A stretch of DNA of 64,000 bases from assembly GCA_002269645.1 (NCBI GenBank), contig NIVC01001809.1, forward strand, positions 170,754 to 234,753, given 5' to 3'. How positions within the stretch are numbered: position 1 is the stretch's first letter; every line of letters starts with the position of its first letter. The notes under the pieces are model-generated. The model had not been told where the DNA came from and searched no databases. It was given only the letters and a program-made list of their open reading frames with translations. The translations under genes and the position numbers were made by a program. The stretch is from Macrostomum lignano. Lineage: Eukaryota. Positions 27,680 through 40,630 of this stretch are shown here, in pieces.

Positions 27680-28830
27680 GACCGGATGTTCTCAAGAATA
27701 CAACTCCAATAAACTTCAATACAGCTCCAAAAAACTACCTGATGATGACCGGGTGTGATCAAGAATACAGCTTTAATAAACTACCTGATGATGACCGGGT
27801 GTGATCAAGAATACAGCTTTAATAAACTACCTGATGATGACCGGGTGTGCTCAAGAATACAGCTCCAATAAACTAGCTGATGATGACCGGAAGTGCTCAA
27901 GAATACAGCTCCAATAAACTGTTTCATGGTGACCGGAAGTGATCAAGAATACAGCTCCAATAAACTAGCTGATGATGACCGGAAGTGCTCAAGAATACAG
28001 CTCCAATAAACTACCTTATGATGACCGGATGTACTCAAGAATACAGCTCCAATAAACTGTATCATGGTGACCGGAAGTGATCAAGAATACAGCTCCAATA
28101 AACTACCTTATGATGACCGGAAGTGCTCAAGAATACAGCTCCAATAAACTGTTTCATGGTGACCGGAAGTGATCAAGAATACAGCTTCAATAAACTGTTT
28201 CATGGTGACCGGAAGTGCTCAAGAATACAGCTTCAATAAACTATTTCATGGTGACCGGAAGTGCTCAAGAATACAGCTCCAATAAACTGTTTCATGGTGA
28301 CCGGAAGTGATCAAGAATACAGCTCCAATAAACTAGCTGATGATGACCGGAAGTGCTCAAGAATACAGCTTTAATAAACTGTTTAGTGATGAGCGGAAGT
28401 ACTCAAGAATACAGCTCCAATAAACTATCTGATGATGACCGGAAGTGCTCAAGAATACAGCTTTAATAAACTGTTTAGTGATGACCGGAAGTACTCAAGA
28501 ATACAGCTCCAATAAACTACCTGGTGATGACCGGAAGTACTCAAGAATACAGCTCCAATAAACTATCTGATGATGACCGGAAGTGCTCAAGAATAGAGCT
28601 TTAATAAACTGTTTAGTGATGACCGGAAGTGCTCAAGAATACAGCTCCAATAAACTACCTTATGATGACCGGAAGTGCTCAAGAATACAGCTCCAATAAA
28701 CTACCTTATGATGACCGGAAGTGCTCAAGAATACAGCTCCAATAAACTACCTTATGATGACCGGATGTACTCAAGAATACAGCTCCAATAAACTATCTGA
28801 TGATGATGACCGAAAGTGCTCAAGAATGCA
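27680..28830. repeat. Minisatellite, about 46-bp unit CAAGAATACAGCTCCAATAAACTAGCTGATGATGACCGGAAGTGCT
   Basis: About 24 copies between the calcineurin B 3' end and the TECPR2 5' acceptor. Confidence 0.95.
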
Positions 28831-29498
28831 CACAAATTTATAGCCAAACACTCTTAAAACACAGTGTATTTAAATTTGTATTGGATCAAGAAGACAATAT
28901 TACTCATACTCATACAATAAAATGAGAAAAGTAGCATTATATTGGCTTTGGTGGTTAAATATACCTACTAGTACAACAAAGGACAAAACAATTACTGTAT
29001 AATGCTATAGAATAATCTGCATTAAGGTAGAAAATATATAAATGGAAAACCGCGCAATGCAATCTATCCGTTATTAATACTAATAACTATAGACAAAATT
29101 GCGAATCCGATATTGATATATAAAGGTTAATATAATAAGCAACAATACGCAACGATCACCTGTAGGCGGATAAGGATTGAGGCGAATATTTTGGGGCTCT
29201 AATTGAATGCAACAGGACAGTTATATAATCGAGGTCAGAACTATACTTAACATCATCAGTAGGAAAAACGATTAAAATAAAAGGGCACCAATGTCTTAGC
29301 ATACTTAGTAATAACTTATACTTATATAGTAGGATAATATAAATGGTGGTAAAAAAGAAACTTTGGCAATAGCATAAACCCTGTATAAATAATAACACAT
29401 CAATTATAGTAGATGGCAAAACACAGGCATCAGGAAGACTTTAACTGTGTTAGTAGGCATTGTTAAGCGAAGTTACAGCTAGCAACATCAAACTGAGC

Positions 29499-29669
29499 TT
29501 AGATGTCAACCACCAGCTTCTTGTGAATGTCCAGGCCGCTGACCATATCGCAGAACTCTTCGTAAGAGATTTTACCGTCTCCATCTTTGTCGGCGAATAT
29601 GATGGTTTTGTCAACAATCTGTTGCAGCTGCTCGTCTTTCAGGTTGTTGCCAACCATCATTTTTAGCAC
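29499..29669 (-). CDS. PPP3R1: Calcineurin subunit B, coding exon 2
   Basis: Acceptor ccttcag|GTG; [40 protein letters not shown]...*, includes EF-hand 4. Confidence 0.96.
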   Translation of the reverse strand: MLKMMVGNNLKDEQLQQIVDKTIIFADKDGDGKISYEEFCDMVSGLDIHKKLVVDI

Positions 29670-29785
29670 CTGAAGGACCATGCGAGTTTTGGTATCTAGA
29701 TTTGTGAAATTAGATCTCTAAGATATAATAATAAAAAAGCATAATGAGATTAATGAGGATGAGATCTTTATGAGAATCTAAAATT

Positions 29786-30757
29786 TCAATTTGAGAACCT
29801 GAGATCTTTCAATTTGAGAACCTGAGATTTTCAATTTGAGAACCTGAGATTTTCAATTTGAGAACCTGAGATCTTCAATTTGAGAACCTGAGATCTTCAA
29901 TTTGAGAACCTGAGATTTTCAATTTGAGAACCTGAGATTTTCAATTTGAGAACCTGAGATCTTTCAATTTGAGAACCTGAGATCTTTCAATTTGAGAACC
30001 TGAGATTTTCAATTGAGAACCTGAGATTTTCAATTTGAGAACCTGAGATTTTCAATTTGAGAACCTGAGATTTTCAATTTGAGAACCTGAGATTTTCAAT
30101 TTGAGAACCTGAGATTTTCAATTTGAGAACCTGAGATCTCAATTTGAGAACCTGAGATCTTCAATTAGAGAACCTGAGATTTTCAATTTGAGAACCTGAG
30201 ATTTTCAATTTGAGAACCTGAGATCTTCAATTTGAGAACCTGAGATTTTCAATTTGAGAACCTGAGATTTTCAATTTGAGAACCTGAGATCTCAATTTGA
30301 GAACCTGAGATTTTCAATTTGAGAACCTGAGATTTTCAATTTGAGAACCTGAGATCTCAATTTGAGAACCTGAGATCTTCAATTAGAGAACCTGAGATTT
30401 TCAATTTGAGAACCTGAGGTATTCAATTTGAGAACCTGAGATCTTCAATTTGAGAACCTGAGATCTCAATTTGAGAACCTGAGATTTTCAATTTGAGAAC
30501 CTGAGATTTTCAATTTGAGAACCTGAGGTATTCAATTTGAGAACCTGAGATCTTCAATTTGAGAACCTGAGGTATTCAATTTGAGAACCTGAGATCTTCA
30601 ATTTGAGAACCTGAGGTATTCAATTTGAGAACCTGAGATTTTCAATTTGAGAACCTGAGGTATTCAATTTGAGAACCTGAGGTATTCAATTTGAGAACCT
30701 GAGGTATTCAATTTGAGAACCTGAGGTATTCAATTTGAGAACCTGAGATCTCAATTT
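29786..30757. repeat. Calcineurin B intron minisatellite, 21-23-bp unit CAATTTGAGAACCTGAGATTTT
   Basis: About 44 copies filling nearly the whole 1.1-kb intron. Confidence 0.95.
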
Positions 30758-30784
30758 TAGACCCTAGTCTTCAATTCGACTCAC

Positions 30785-31120
30785 CTTGAACAGTTCCGCA
30801 TTGCTAATATAGCCATCTTTATCAATATCGTAGATCTTAAAGGCGAAGCGTAATTTAGCATCTTTGTCTCCTTTGACAGAAAACTGTGCAACGCCTTGGA
30901 TAAATTCTTTAAAATCCACTTCGCCATTTTGATCCACATCAAATATATCGATAACACGCTGAACCAGGGGATTCTGCTGCAGCTCTGGCAGAGTCATGAA
31001 CTCCTCAACTGACAGACTGCCAGATCCGTCAATGTCCAGCTTTTTAAATCGCTTTCCAAGCCGACGCAGTTCGTCCATATCGAAATTGGTGCACATCTCT
31101 ACTGGTATTGTGTTGCCCAT
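30785..31120 (-). CDS. PPP3R1: Calcineurin subunit B, coding exon 1
   Basis: MGN myristoylation start; [51 protein letters not shown]; donor AAG|gtgagt. 168 aa in total. Confidence 0.97.
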
Positions 31121-31645
31121 GATGAATCAATTTAACAGTGTGATCGTTCTAAGGTGGCAGCAGGGCAAGATTAAATATGATAGTGTCTTATTTTGACTAT
31201 TTAATGAATTTTTTTGCAATATTACTACTATAAGTAAGATAGATAGAAGTTTAATTATTATAGTTTTAGTTTTAACTTTGAAATTACACTGGCCATGCAA
31301 CTTTATTTTGTAACTTACCAAATAAAAATATATCTTTGACTTTAATTATGAAAACACTTGTCTATTTTATGACTTACCTTTGATCTCAATAATTTATTTT
31401 TCAACCTTGGATAGAGAAATACACTAAAGATAAGAAAACTTAATGTCACAACCAATTTAGCTAAATGCAAAATTGCTGATCAAAAAATTAATTACTGCAC
31501 TTGGAATCAAACCAAAGCTATTGGCATTTAAGAGCACCACACTTGATTACTAGGCTGTAGTCCCTTAATTTTAACAAGAGCTAGCTAATGAAATTAGTAA
31601 TTGGAATTGATTGATAACTAGAAAATGTGCAGATGCCCTATCAAG

Positions 31646-32049
31646 TAGAGGTGTTGCGAGATCTCAACGAGACAAGATTTGAGATGAGATCTTGACATTT
31701 TTTCTTGTCTTGAGAAATCTTGACTTTTGTAGAGAATCTCAAGATGAGATTCAAGAAATTAAGAAACTTTTTGGATTGCTAAAATGAAATTTTTGATTAA
31801 GCAAGTATTTTCTTTAAAACACCTAAATACTATTGTTGAACCTGTGCTTTTTTTAATATTTCAGCAAGATGATTTTGAAATGGATAAATTCTGTGATAGG
31901 TTAGGTTAGTTGAGCAGTTTTATAAATGAATAAATACTTTTAATTTTAATTTTTTAATCTTATCTTGTCTCATCTTGAAATTTCTAGACTTTAGACTTTT
32001 CTTGTCTTGAATCTTATCTCGATCCAAATCCTAATTTCCAACAGCTCTA
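31646..32049. mobile_element. hAT-type MITE (about 404 bp)
   Basis: TIRs TAGAGGTGTTG / CAACAGCTCTA (10 of 11 match); 8-bp TSD CTATCAAG / TTATCAAG (7 of 8 match). Confidence 0.7.
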
Positions 32050-35000
32050 TTATCAAGCATGCAAACTTTGATCCTAGTGCATAGCTATATGGAATCATAA
32101 GAACACTTTAATTCAAATATCTTTAGTGTTAAAAAAAACAGATTTTAATAAAATTTGAATTTGATATTTCATGATTTTAATCTTTTCCGAATACTAATGG
32201 GGTCAATTTCCTATCTAAGTTGCAAAAATGATACAAATCTATATTTATAAACAAAACTAAATTGATTTCTTTAATAAAAGTATGAAAATCAATCTTGCAT
32301 GACATTTAAATATAGCCAAACAATATATTCAAGCCAAGGTACAAATTTAAAGTTATAACCTTTGGAATACTAAAGCTAAAGATTAATTTATTTAGGCTAT
32401 ATCATAAAGCATGATCTAGATTATAAAATTCTTCTTTTCTCTTACTTTTTTCTCTCCATTGCTTTTTTATGTGTCTTTTCCTTTCTAGTTTCCTCTGCTT
32501 TCATACCTTTCTTTATTCTCTATATTATCTTCTGTTTCCTCTTTACACTGTGACGTTTTCAATTTAAGTAGCCCTGTCAAGGGCCATTTTAGCATTTGTT
32601 ACCAATCTATAATATTGTTAATTTAATGGTACTCTTACCTCATGTCTACTTAAAGTAGTGCCCAAAGAATTTTAAACTACTTGCATATGTTTGTAAAGCC
32701 TAAGTACAGTAGGCAATTGATAGGCAATTATAATTTCTGTTCTTTTCATTGGCCAATAAAAAAGCTGCACATAAATTATATTAGCCTAAAATTAAGTCCT
32801 CTGCATATACCCACCCCCAGCCTGCTCCTTGTCAGTCCTATCTGGTTGGGGCACTTGGGGTTAGCCCGCCTTAGACCCTTGCCACCCCACTTCTTGCCTG
32901 CCTTTACAGCGGCACTCCTTGTTTGCTTGCCTTCTCTTTCTGCCTCACTCTACCATTGTTCTAAACCACACCTCTGCCAAGTCTCAGACATGCCATCTCT
33001 ACTGTCTGTATGAGCTCTCACTACAAGCACCGCCACCACACGTTCACCGCCATCATATTATCACCATTGCCTTAGGCTCATTGACTTTTTCTATCATTTA
33101 CCATTTATCTTATTGTTGCATAGCCGCCTAGTGCATTTCTTATGGATTCAGCAAGTACTCTGACCTATCTCTGTTGACCACCCAGACAGAATTGATAATA
33201 GCAAGCCTAAATATCCTCTCATATGGTTACAATAAATAAAGACTATGGCCATCACTCATATCAATTGTTATTATCAAGTGCTACCACTACAAAATTTGCC
33301 TCTGCCATATTGGTCTTTGATAATCATTTTTGAGTCTGCCAGATAATTGTTACAATACTCTCTTATTTTCTTTCTTTTCTCTTTTCTTTCTCCTCATTCC
33401 TTTCTGCTTTTATATTTTCTTTATTGTTTTACACACTTTTCCTAGTTATTTTTTTGTTTTGTACACTTAATATATTAAATATATCCTAGCTGCTCTATTT
33501 TCTCTTGTGAGTAGCTTATAATTATATTATATTATACATTTACATATACTTTAAATCATTAAATATATAAATAATAATATTTGATTTCTATTTATATAAT
33601 CATTAGTCTAAAAAATGAAAAAATAATTAATATCATTATAGAATAAGTATTAAAATCCCAACAAATATAATTAAGTGCCTATTTTTATAGCCTTTTAGCA
33701 ATTAAAAAAATAATATTTAAAACTAAAACTTTTAAAATAGGCCTAGCTATAGCTATAAATAATTAGTTCTTACCCAAATAAATAAAAATGACAAAGTATT
33801 GATTAGAAATTTAAAATAGGCCTATAAAATTGTTTTTGAAAACTTATTGTTAAATTGCCTTGCCTAGGCCCCTACCCTGGCCCTAGCCCTAGCTAGTTAG
33901 GCTGGGTGCTAGGCCCCTAACCAATTTGGTGACAAACAAATTTGGCAAAAATATACAAAATTGTATAAAATATTTGATGTCAATGATTTTGATCTCAAAT
34001 AGTCATAAATTATTCAATATATGCACTAAATTAAATACATCTAATCTAACCCTACCTACTTACTTACTAGTACAAAATTCACTAGGGGGCCTACTGTACT
34101 GATAAGTCAAGGATTTAATTAGTAATAGTTGTCAATTGTAAAGGATGGATGACAAGCAAGCCTTTCTCTAGTCTAGTCTAGTGCTAGGCTAGACCCCCAG
34201 TCTAGTCTACATACACATAATTTTTTAATAGGGATACAATACAGAACCATGAGTCAATGATAAACATTTTTCATCTCAAGCCACCATTCTGGGGGCCTAG
34301 CGACTAGCGAGCAAATATTTTTTCTTTGTTGAATAATTGAATTCTGGGTCAGCAAAATCTGACACTGGGGCAATTCAAATCGGGGATAGTATACTGTTAC
34401 CCCCACTATGCGCTACTTGTGGAGCACTCTCAGTCTGCATTCTGTGTTTTCGCGTTGAAACTGAATAGGGACGAGACCGGAGGCTTGAAATGCTCAGATT
34501 TCTTCTTAACTGGCTTCTTTCTTGGAATTTCTTTGCTGCATTCAAATCGGTGTGGGATTTCACGGTTCTAACAATTTAAACAAACTAGGGATACTAGGGG
34601 AGCTCCGGCTGCTGAGTTCCTCTGGATCAGGCGAGAAAGGTTGTGGTCGTGGCTGAGCGATGAAGATAATTTGAGGGAAAGTTTGCACCGAGGGGAAGTG
34701 GGAGGCCTCGCCCGCCTATCACAAAAATAAAACGAGGTTTCCTAGAATCTCCGTTGCTATTGATAGGTTTGTCGTTTAGGGGGTGTTCAAAATTAGTTAA
34801 CAGAAACTTTGTGATGATAACAGTAGAAACTCGCAGCAAGCGACCTGCTTAATATAAAGAATTACTTTAGGCTAGGATTACATGTAGGTACTGTAGATAC
34901 AGTTTAAATCAAAGATCATACATGCAAGAATATAACCCTTGTATGATCTATGGTTTAAATAATCCTACTGAGCTCACGCATACTACTAGTAGGCATGCAA

Positions 35001-35868
35001 AACTGTAGTTCTGTACATGATCTAGTCAAAACGTAATCCCAAAATAGGCCTTAACCCGGACAGAAACCTAGTCCAGCAAAATGGCTAAGGCTCTAGAATC
35101 TGAGGCTTTTGAATGACCCCAGCTTGTTGTTAGAGTAAGCTGGCTTCTGCAGCGGCTAAGTGGTTTACATAGCGGTTTTTTATCTTTCAAAGACGGCTCC
35201 AATTATCATTGTGCATCATGTTCATTTGCTCACCGTTATATTGTCTGGGTTATATCTGGGTTAAAGCTAATTTTCTGGGCAGGGTTTAGCTTTATCTTGA
35301 AAATGTTAAATCGGGTACAACAATAACTTAGATTGTCTTTTGAGCTAAGTAATTCTGTTTAATATGTAACAAGTCATTTTAGATGTTTTCATCGTTGCGC
35401 TTCTATGGACGCTGCTGCGGTGGGTGGGTCGTCGCCAGCGGAGTGGGGGGGACCTGCAGATGTGTTGTTCCACCCCCCCCCCCCAGTAAAAGCCAAGCTA
35501 TCCCTCCCCCCCCTCGCCAGACTTTTGTAGGCAGTTACGAAAATTAACAATTTTGCTCCAAAATCCAAAATCCCAATCTTTAAATGTAAATATGAACTTA
35601 AATTCGCGTCCTCATGTGTACACACACAATGTATCAACGTACAAAAATTATTACATGTACATGTACTTTTACATTATGCTTATGTAATTAAACCAACGCG
35701 GTTAAAACGGATCGTCATCTGTCGGCATAGCGTAGAAATACATTTTGCCAGCGACGTCTATTAATGTCTGGGGTAAGTTGAAACGCTGCGCGCTGTACAT
35801 TTACAATGTACATCGGGTACATACATGTAAGGAGGACAGTCGGCATGTTGCACGGGGGTTGTATATAT

Positions 35869-37065
35869 TGTAGTGTGAGCATCTTTGCGTATATTTTGTT
35901 GTAAATTGACTGCATTAGTTTCTATATTGTTATTGAATTGTTATTTTGCTTTAGTTTAGTCATGCGTTTTTTTTGTGTACTTTTTCTAGTTGGTTGAAAT
36001 CTAAAATTGTAAACAGGTTAGAGTTAGACGCCAATTTTGTGACTCAGCGGAGGGTTGAGTTTGTCTGCGAACCCCAGCTTTGCGCGGTCAGCCAATCAGA
36101 ACCGGCCTGGACCCTGGCACGCGGCAAGTTCCAATTCTACCCGGCGCCGCGGGCACAGTGCAATTCGGCTTAAGCAAGCGGCCGGCCAGACGACCACCAC
36201 CCGGCTTGAGGGGGTTTTGAGGGGTTGCGACTCTGACTATAAATGAAAGTGTATTTGGCAATCGGATCTCACCCTTCTCTCCTTCTCTCTCCCTTTCCCT
36301 TTCCCCGGTTTTGTCTTGTCCAGCTTCCCGGCCGGTGGCCCGATTTTCTCCTCTCGTTGGTTCGCGCTTTGAGGCGCCTGAATTCATCACCCCGGTCCGT
36401 ATTTTTGTTCCCGCCCAACCGCAGTAGTCTTGTGGCGTAACGTCTACGGCAAATTTCTGTCTGAAGTCGTCGCTATCAAGCGCGGTTAGATAGAGACTGT
36501 CGGATCTGATCAAGTACGCGGCCTCGACCCCGAGGGCCTCAGTGTTACACTGAAGGGCAGTGCCGATAGAATTTAGTCGGTACTCCGTTGAACGGTCGGT
36601 TCGGCAGGGCTCTCGTTTGAGTGTAGGTTCTGGTTTAGGCCAGGGGTTAGGAGTCTTCTCCGTGGTCGTGTTCGGTTTTTCTTCTTCAAGCTGAGATCCG
36701 CTTGTCAGTGCGTAATATAATCATTATTATTAATCGTTACTATTCGTTATCATCAGTCTAATTATCTGCGCCGCGAATTTGCTTGAATCCTGTAACTTGA
36801 GTAATCAAATTAAACCGTCTAGCCAATTATCAGTTGTATCACGTAGGATTATCACTCTCTAAATCTTTCGGTTTGTGTTCCCTCGTGTTCTTTCTTTTCT
36901 TGTACTGTACCTGCGGCTATTGGAGAAAGACTGGTAGGACTCGCCGACCGGCGATAGGCGATTAGGATTAATAGCTTTAAAATCTTCGAACGCTCCAAGT
37001 AGGTTTGTCTAGGGCCTAATAATTGCTCACCGTGCATGCTATTATCTAATTGCCTATTTATCACA
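35869..37065 (+). mobile_element. Solo LTR, copy 2 (same family as 815-2015)
   Basis: TGTAGTG...TATCACA; own 4-bp TSD ATAT at 35865-35868 and 37066-37069. Confidence 0.88.
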
Positions 37066-38444
37066 ATATGTAACACGTGTAGCCTCATTTGAAAAGTTAG
37101 GCTCGAAAAACTCGAAGATGAATTCTCGTCTACTTCTTTTCTACCTTAATGTTTGTTTGAAAGAGGGCAAAATTTTATTTTATATATCTAGATTAGCTTT
37201 AGCTATGCATGTATAGCTTTTCATTAAAAGTTTCAATTAAAGTAATGTAGCGATCGAAGCTGTGCATTTCAGAAACCTGACTATAATTTAATAAGCTGTT
37301 GGCTACCAAAATACATGAATAACTACATGTATATCTGTCTCAATGTGAATTTCGCTTTAAAATTGTAAACGCTGCCTTTCAAGTGAATTAGATAACCCCC
37401 TGCTTAAATATGCAGCAAGGGCCAAGCGGTTCAAAAATAGAATTCAACTGTGGGCAGTCAATCTAAAATCCCCTCATCATCATCTCGAGAGTCACGCAAT
37501 CGCTGAACCAAAAATGAACGCCGTAAATCATGGCTTTGATGTCATCCCTGATTGCCACTTAATCTGCTGATTGACGTGGACGATATTTCTACCCCCACAT
37601 GCAGCAGCCAGTGCAGCGCCAACAAAATGTCTGATCGAAGTTTCGCTGACCATTTTCGGCACGTAAATATTAAATTGAATTTTTCTCTGTCTTTTTGAGG
37701 GAGTTCTATCCCAAATGTGTATTTAATTCGAAATTATCACCAGGTGTTATACGTGCAGCAAAACTCAGAAAGGTTATTTTTCGTCTGCATGGTTCGATGC
37801 TTTCAAAACATGCACTTGAAAATTTAAGGGCTGCTTGAATCTGGCGTCATTATGCGAGCAATATGCGAGTAAACATACATGTATCGGCGATCAAACACAC
37901 TTCAGGTGTTAGGCAAGAACTGTCTACGCTCAATGTGTTCAGAGGACCTATAGCATTTTGTGTTGCAAAAATGCATGACATCTGTACTTGCTGTACGTCC
38001 ATAGAATACCAGAATTACCCAAATGTAAATGAAGGCAACAAGAGGTGCTTGGACATTTTTACTCTCGGTCTCTCACTCGATAACCAAAAACAAATCTTTT
38101 TGCTCACGCAATAGATCGAGGTTATAATTAGTTGCAGTGGACACTGAAGAAAACCTGGATGATAGCTTAGTAAATGGGATAGTTTTACACTACGCGACTA
38201 TAATGTACGCTATCAAAGACCGAAGCCAACGCCCTTGAAAGCTGGTGCACGTTCACTATGAATTATGGATCATAACGCATCATTCTTCTGCTCATGCTTT
38301 TAATCTTTTTTGATCAAATGTGCACCCTCTTTTAACCGACAAATAGAGTTTGTCGGTATTTTAGAGTTGGAGACAAAGGTTTGGAGTCAGTTATAACCAT
38401 TTCTACAGGAACTTATAAGGTTTTAAAGTTAGGAGACTTGCTTA

Positions 38445-39055
38445 CTTTGACTTAGCTACAGGGGGCTCCGTGCGTCCGGAAACAGCGCGAGGAGGCGTTG
38501 CCGCCCATTCCGCTAACCACGGGCAGCTGGTGCTGCGGTGTCACGCTGGGAGATCCGGTGGTGCCGATGTCCGCAGCGCGGTCCCCCTCGCGAGAGTCCA
38601 GGAGGTGGATTGTCGCTCGCCCGGTAGCCCTTAGGTAGCGGTCCGGGTTTGGGCCGAGGTAGGTGAGCCTGTCCTGAGTGAAGAAGGGGCATTCACAGAT
38701 GAAGTGTTCCGCATTCTCTACACCGGAGAGGCAGAATGGGAATTCCACACTGCGGATTTGTCCCTGGAGGTGGCGATGTCTGGAAAAACAGGCATGACCC
38801 GAGAGGGCCATGGTCACCGCCCTGATGTCTCTGCGGTTGAGTCCAAGCAGGGCCTTGAACAAGGCGGAGGAAGATCAGGGACAGCCGCGCTGGATTGCTG
38901 GCAGTCAGGTGCGTTAGCCCACCTCTCCCTGTGCTTTGAAGCCACCCACTGGTTAATCTGAGTGAGTGGTGACAACGGCAGTGGGGGGTGGGGGCCACGG
39001 GCAGGGGACCAGTAAAAGAACCGGTCGAACCAGCCTTAGCCTTAGCCAGGCGATC
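38445..39055 (-). mobile_element. Degenerate 3' fragment of a second LOA-like retrotransposon (end of RNase H + Cys/His region)
   Basis: LAKA..GS, then [19 protein letters not shown]...FPFCLSGVENAEHFICECPFF, homologous to [19 protein letters not shown]...[21 protein letters not shown] of the 17-21 kb element; frameshifted. Confidence 0.8.
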
Positions 39056-40354
39056 GGCTAACTCGTTGCCGGGGTTACGATCATTACATTAAAGACACCT
39101 TGCTGGAGAAAGTTAAGAGACTGTGTCAAGCCGTTCTCTCTTGCAATATCAACAGATAAAAAATGATTACACCGGAAGGTCAAAAAAGCAGCGTCACAGG
39201 CCAGCCTTAGTTCGTTCCTGGGCACGAACGTAGTCCGCACTACAGACAACGTCCACGGTGCCAGCGTCGTCAGCCAGCAGGCAATTGATGAATGTCGCAC
39301 GTCTGTCCTCGTCAGTAAACTGTCTGTAGCGTTAATTAGCAATGGCACCTCCTGGACTGGCTGCTGTGGGCAGTACAACTGAAGCAACACAAATATTATC
39401 GAGCGCTAATTTTTCTAGCAACCAAAGCTTCCTTAAGAATTTGGCTGCTCTGCGTTCCGACAGATGCCCTCCTGGATTCTTCCTGGAATCTATTAGAAGT
39501 CATTGCTCAGGAAAGAGAACAAAATAGAATAGAATAGAAAACAGCAAGCAAGTACATGACGATCTTTTGGGAAAGGTTAAAAAATCGATACTGCTGATTG
39601 AGTCTAAGTATGTCAGCAATTCCCCCCGCCTCTAAGCTTTGGCATCTCAGCAAATCCTCCCTTGAGTAAAGTTGGAAGTGTGCTTTATTGCCTATATGAA
39701 CTATAAAATTCATACTGTACGGCTGAATGCATTGACATAATGCTTGTGATGATCTTTATTGTAGCGGTTTCTTCTCCTAGTAAATAAACGCTTCACTTGA
39801 TACAAGCGACCGTCAGTTGCACCATAAAACCAAACCAGAGAAATTAAAAATCCAAAGAAGGCATTCACATTCACATCATCGCCAGACGTTGATTTATAAA
39901 AAGTGATTTCATCAATCTCATTGGCATTGAGAATTGCGGTCACTTTTGATAGCACTAGCATCCAGTTTTGTGTTAAGTGGAATTTAGCTATGCTTCGCGG
40001 TTATACTTCGTATCCCAATATTTTTAACTAACTAATAGCCAGAGCACAAATACCGGTAAAGTTAATTTCCACAATGCTTCGATTTTCCCAAAAAATGTTA
40101 AATTAGCCTAAGAACTAAAGTGAGAAATGAAATAAAAAATAATCCATAGGAAGGCCGAGCATGTAAATGTGAGCTAATTTTATTCTCAGACACAAGCAAG
40201 AGCCAACAACAGATGGTGAAATATTACTGTCAGCGCACTTCGATAGTAGGCTAAAAGTCCGCCTACGCAAGTCAGTCATATTCCGAGTGGGTTTGCGAGA
40301 AAATTAAGTCGATTGCCAGCGGCAGCTCAGGCCACTTCAGCCGCAGATAATCCG

Positions 40355-40630
40355 CTACCACGCCTGAGCAACAAACGGGTGCTTCGACCGCTTGCCGAAT
40401 CGATAGCGGCTGCTCCCTTGCTGCAGCAGCTTTGTCAGCACCGAGTTGGCGACCTCAGCCTCGGGATGCGACTTTGGCAATCGCGACTCACCCAGCAGGT
40501 CAACATCGTCGGGCAGTTCAAACGACGCATCGTTAGCGACGGACATTCCAGCGGCAATAGCCAGACTCATTGCTACTAGGAGAGGTGGAAGCAGTTTACG
40601 CGCCGATTGAGAAGTTGCTCGGCAAATCAT
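40355..40630 (-). CDS. Probable RFamide neuropeptide precursor (91 aa)
   Basis: Hydrophobic leader LLPPLLVAMSLAIAAGMSVA, acidic spacer, then ...LLQQGSSRYRF-G-KR (amidation Gly + dibasic site) and a short C-terminal tail. GC-rich coding-like codon usage in an AT-rich background. Confidence 0.72.
   Translation of the reverse strand: MICRATSQSARKLLPPLLVAMSLAIAAGMSVANDASFELPDDVDLLGESRLPKSHPEAEVANSVLTKLLQQGSSRYRFGKRSKHPFVAQAW

Noticed and set aside
26005-30757. CRISPR-like appearance of the 28-46-bp arrays
   Set aside because: Head-to-tail repeats with no unique spacers, no cas genes, and a eukaryotic intronic context.
32820-33130. Possible old RTE-type LINE 3' fragment (minus strand)
   Set aside because: Similarity limited to a few residues; too degenerate to call.
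39058-39961. Chain of short minus-strand ORFs that might be one broken gene
   Set aside because: No recognisable motif or consistent splice structure.
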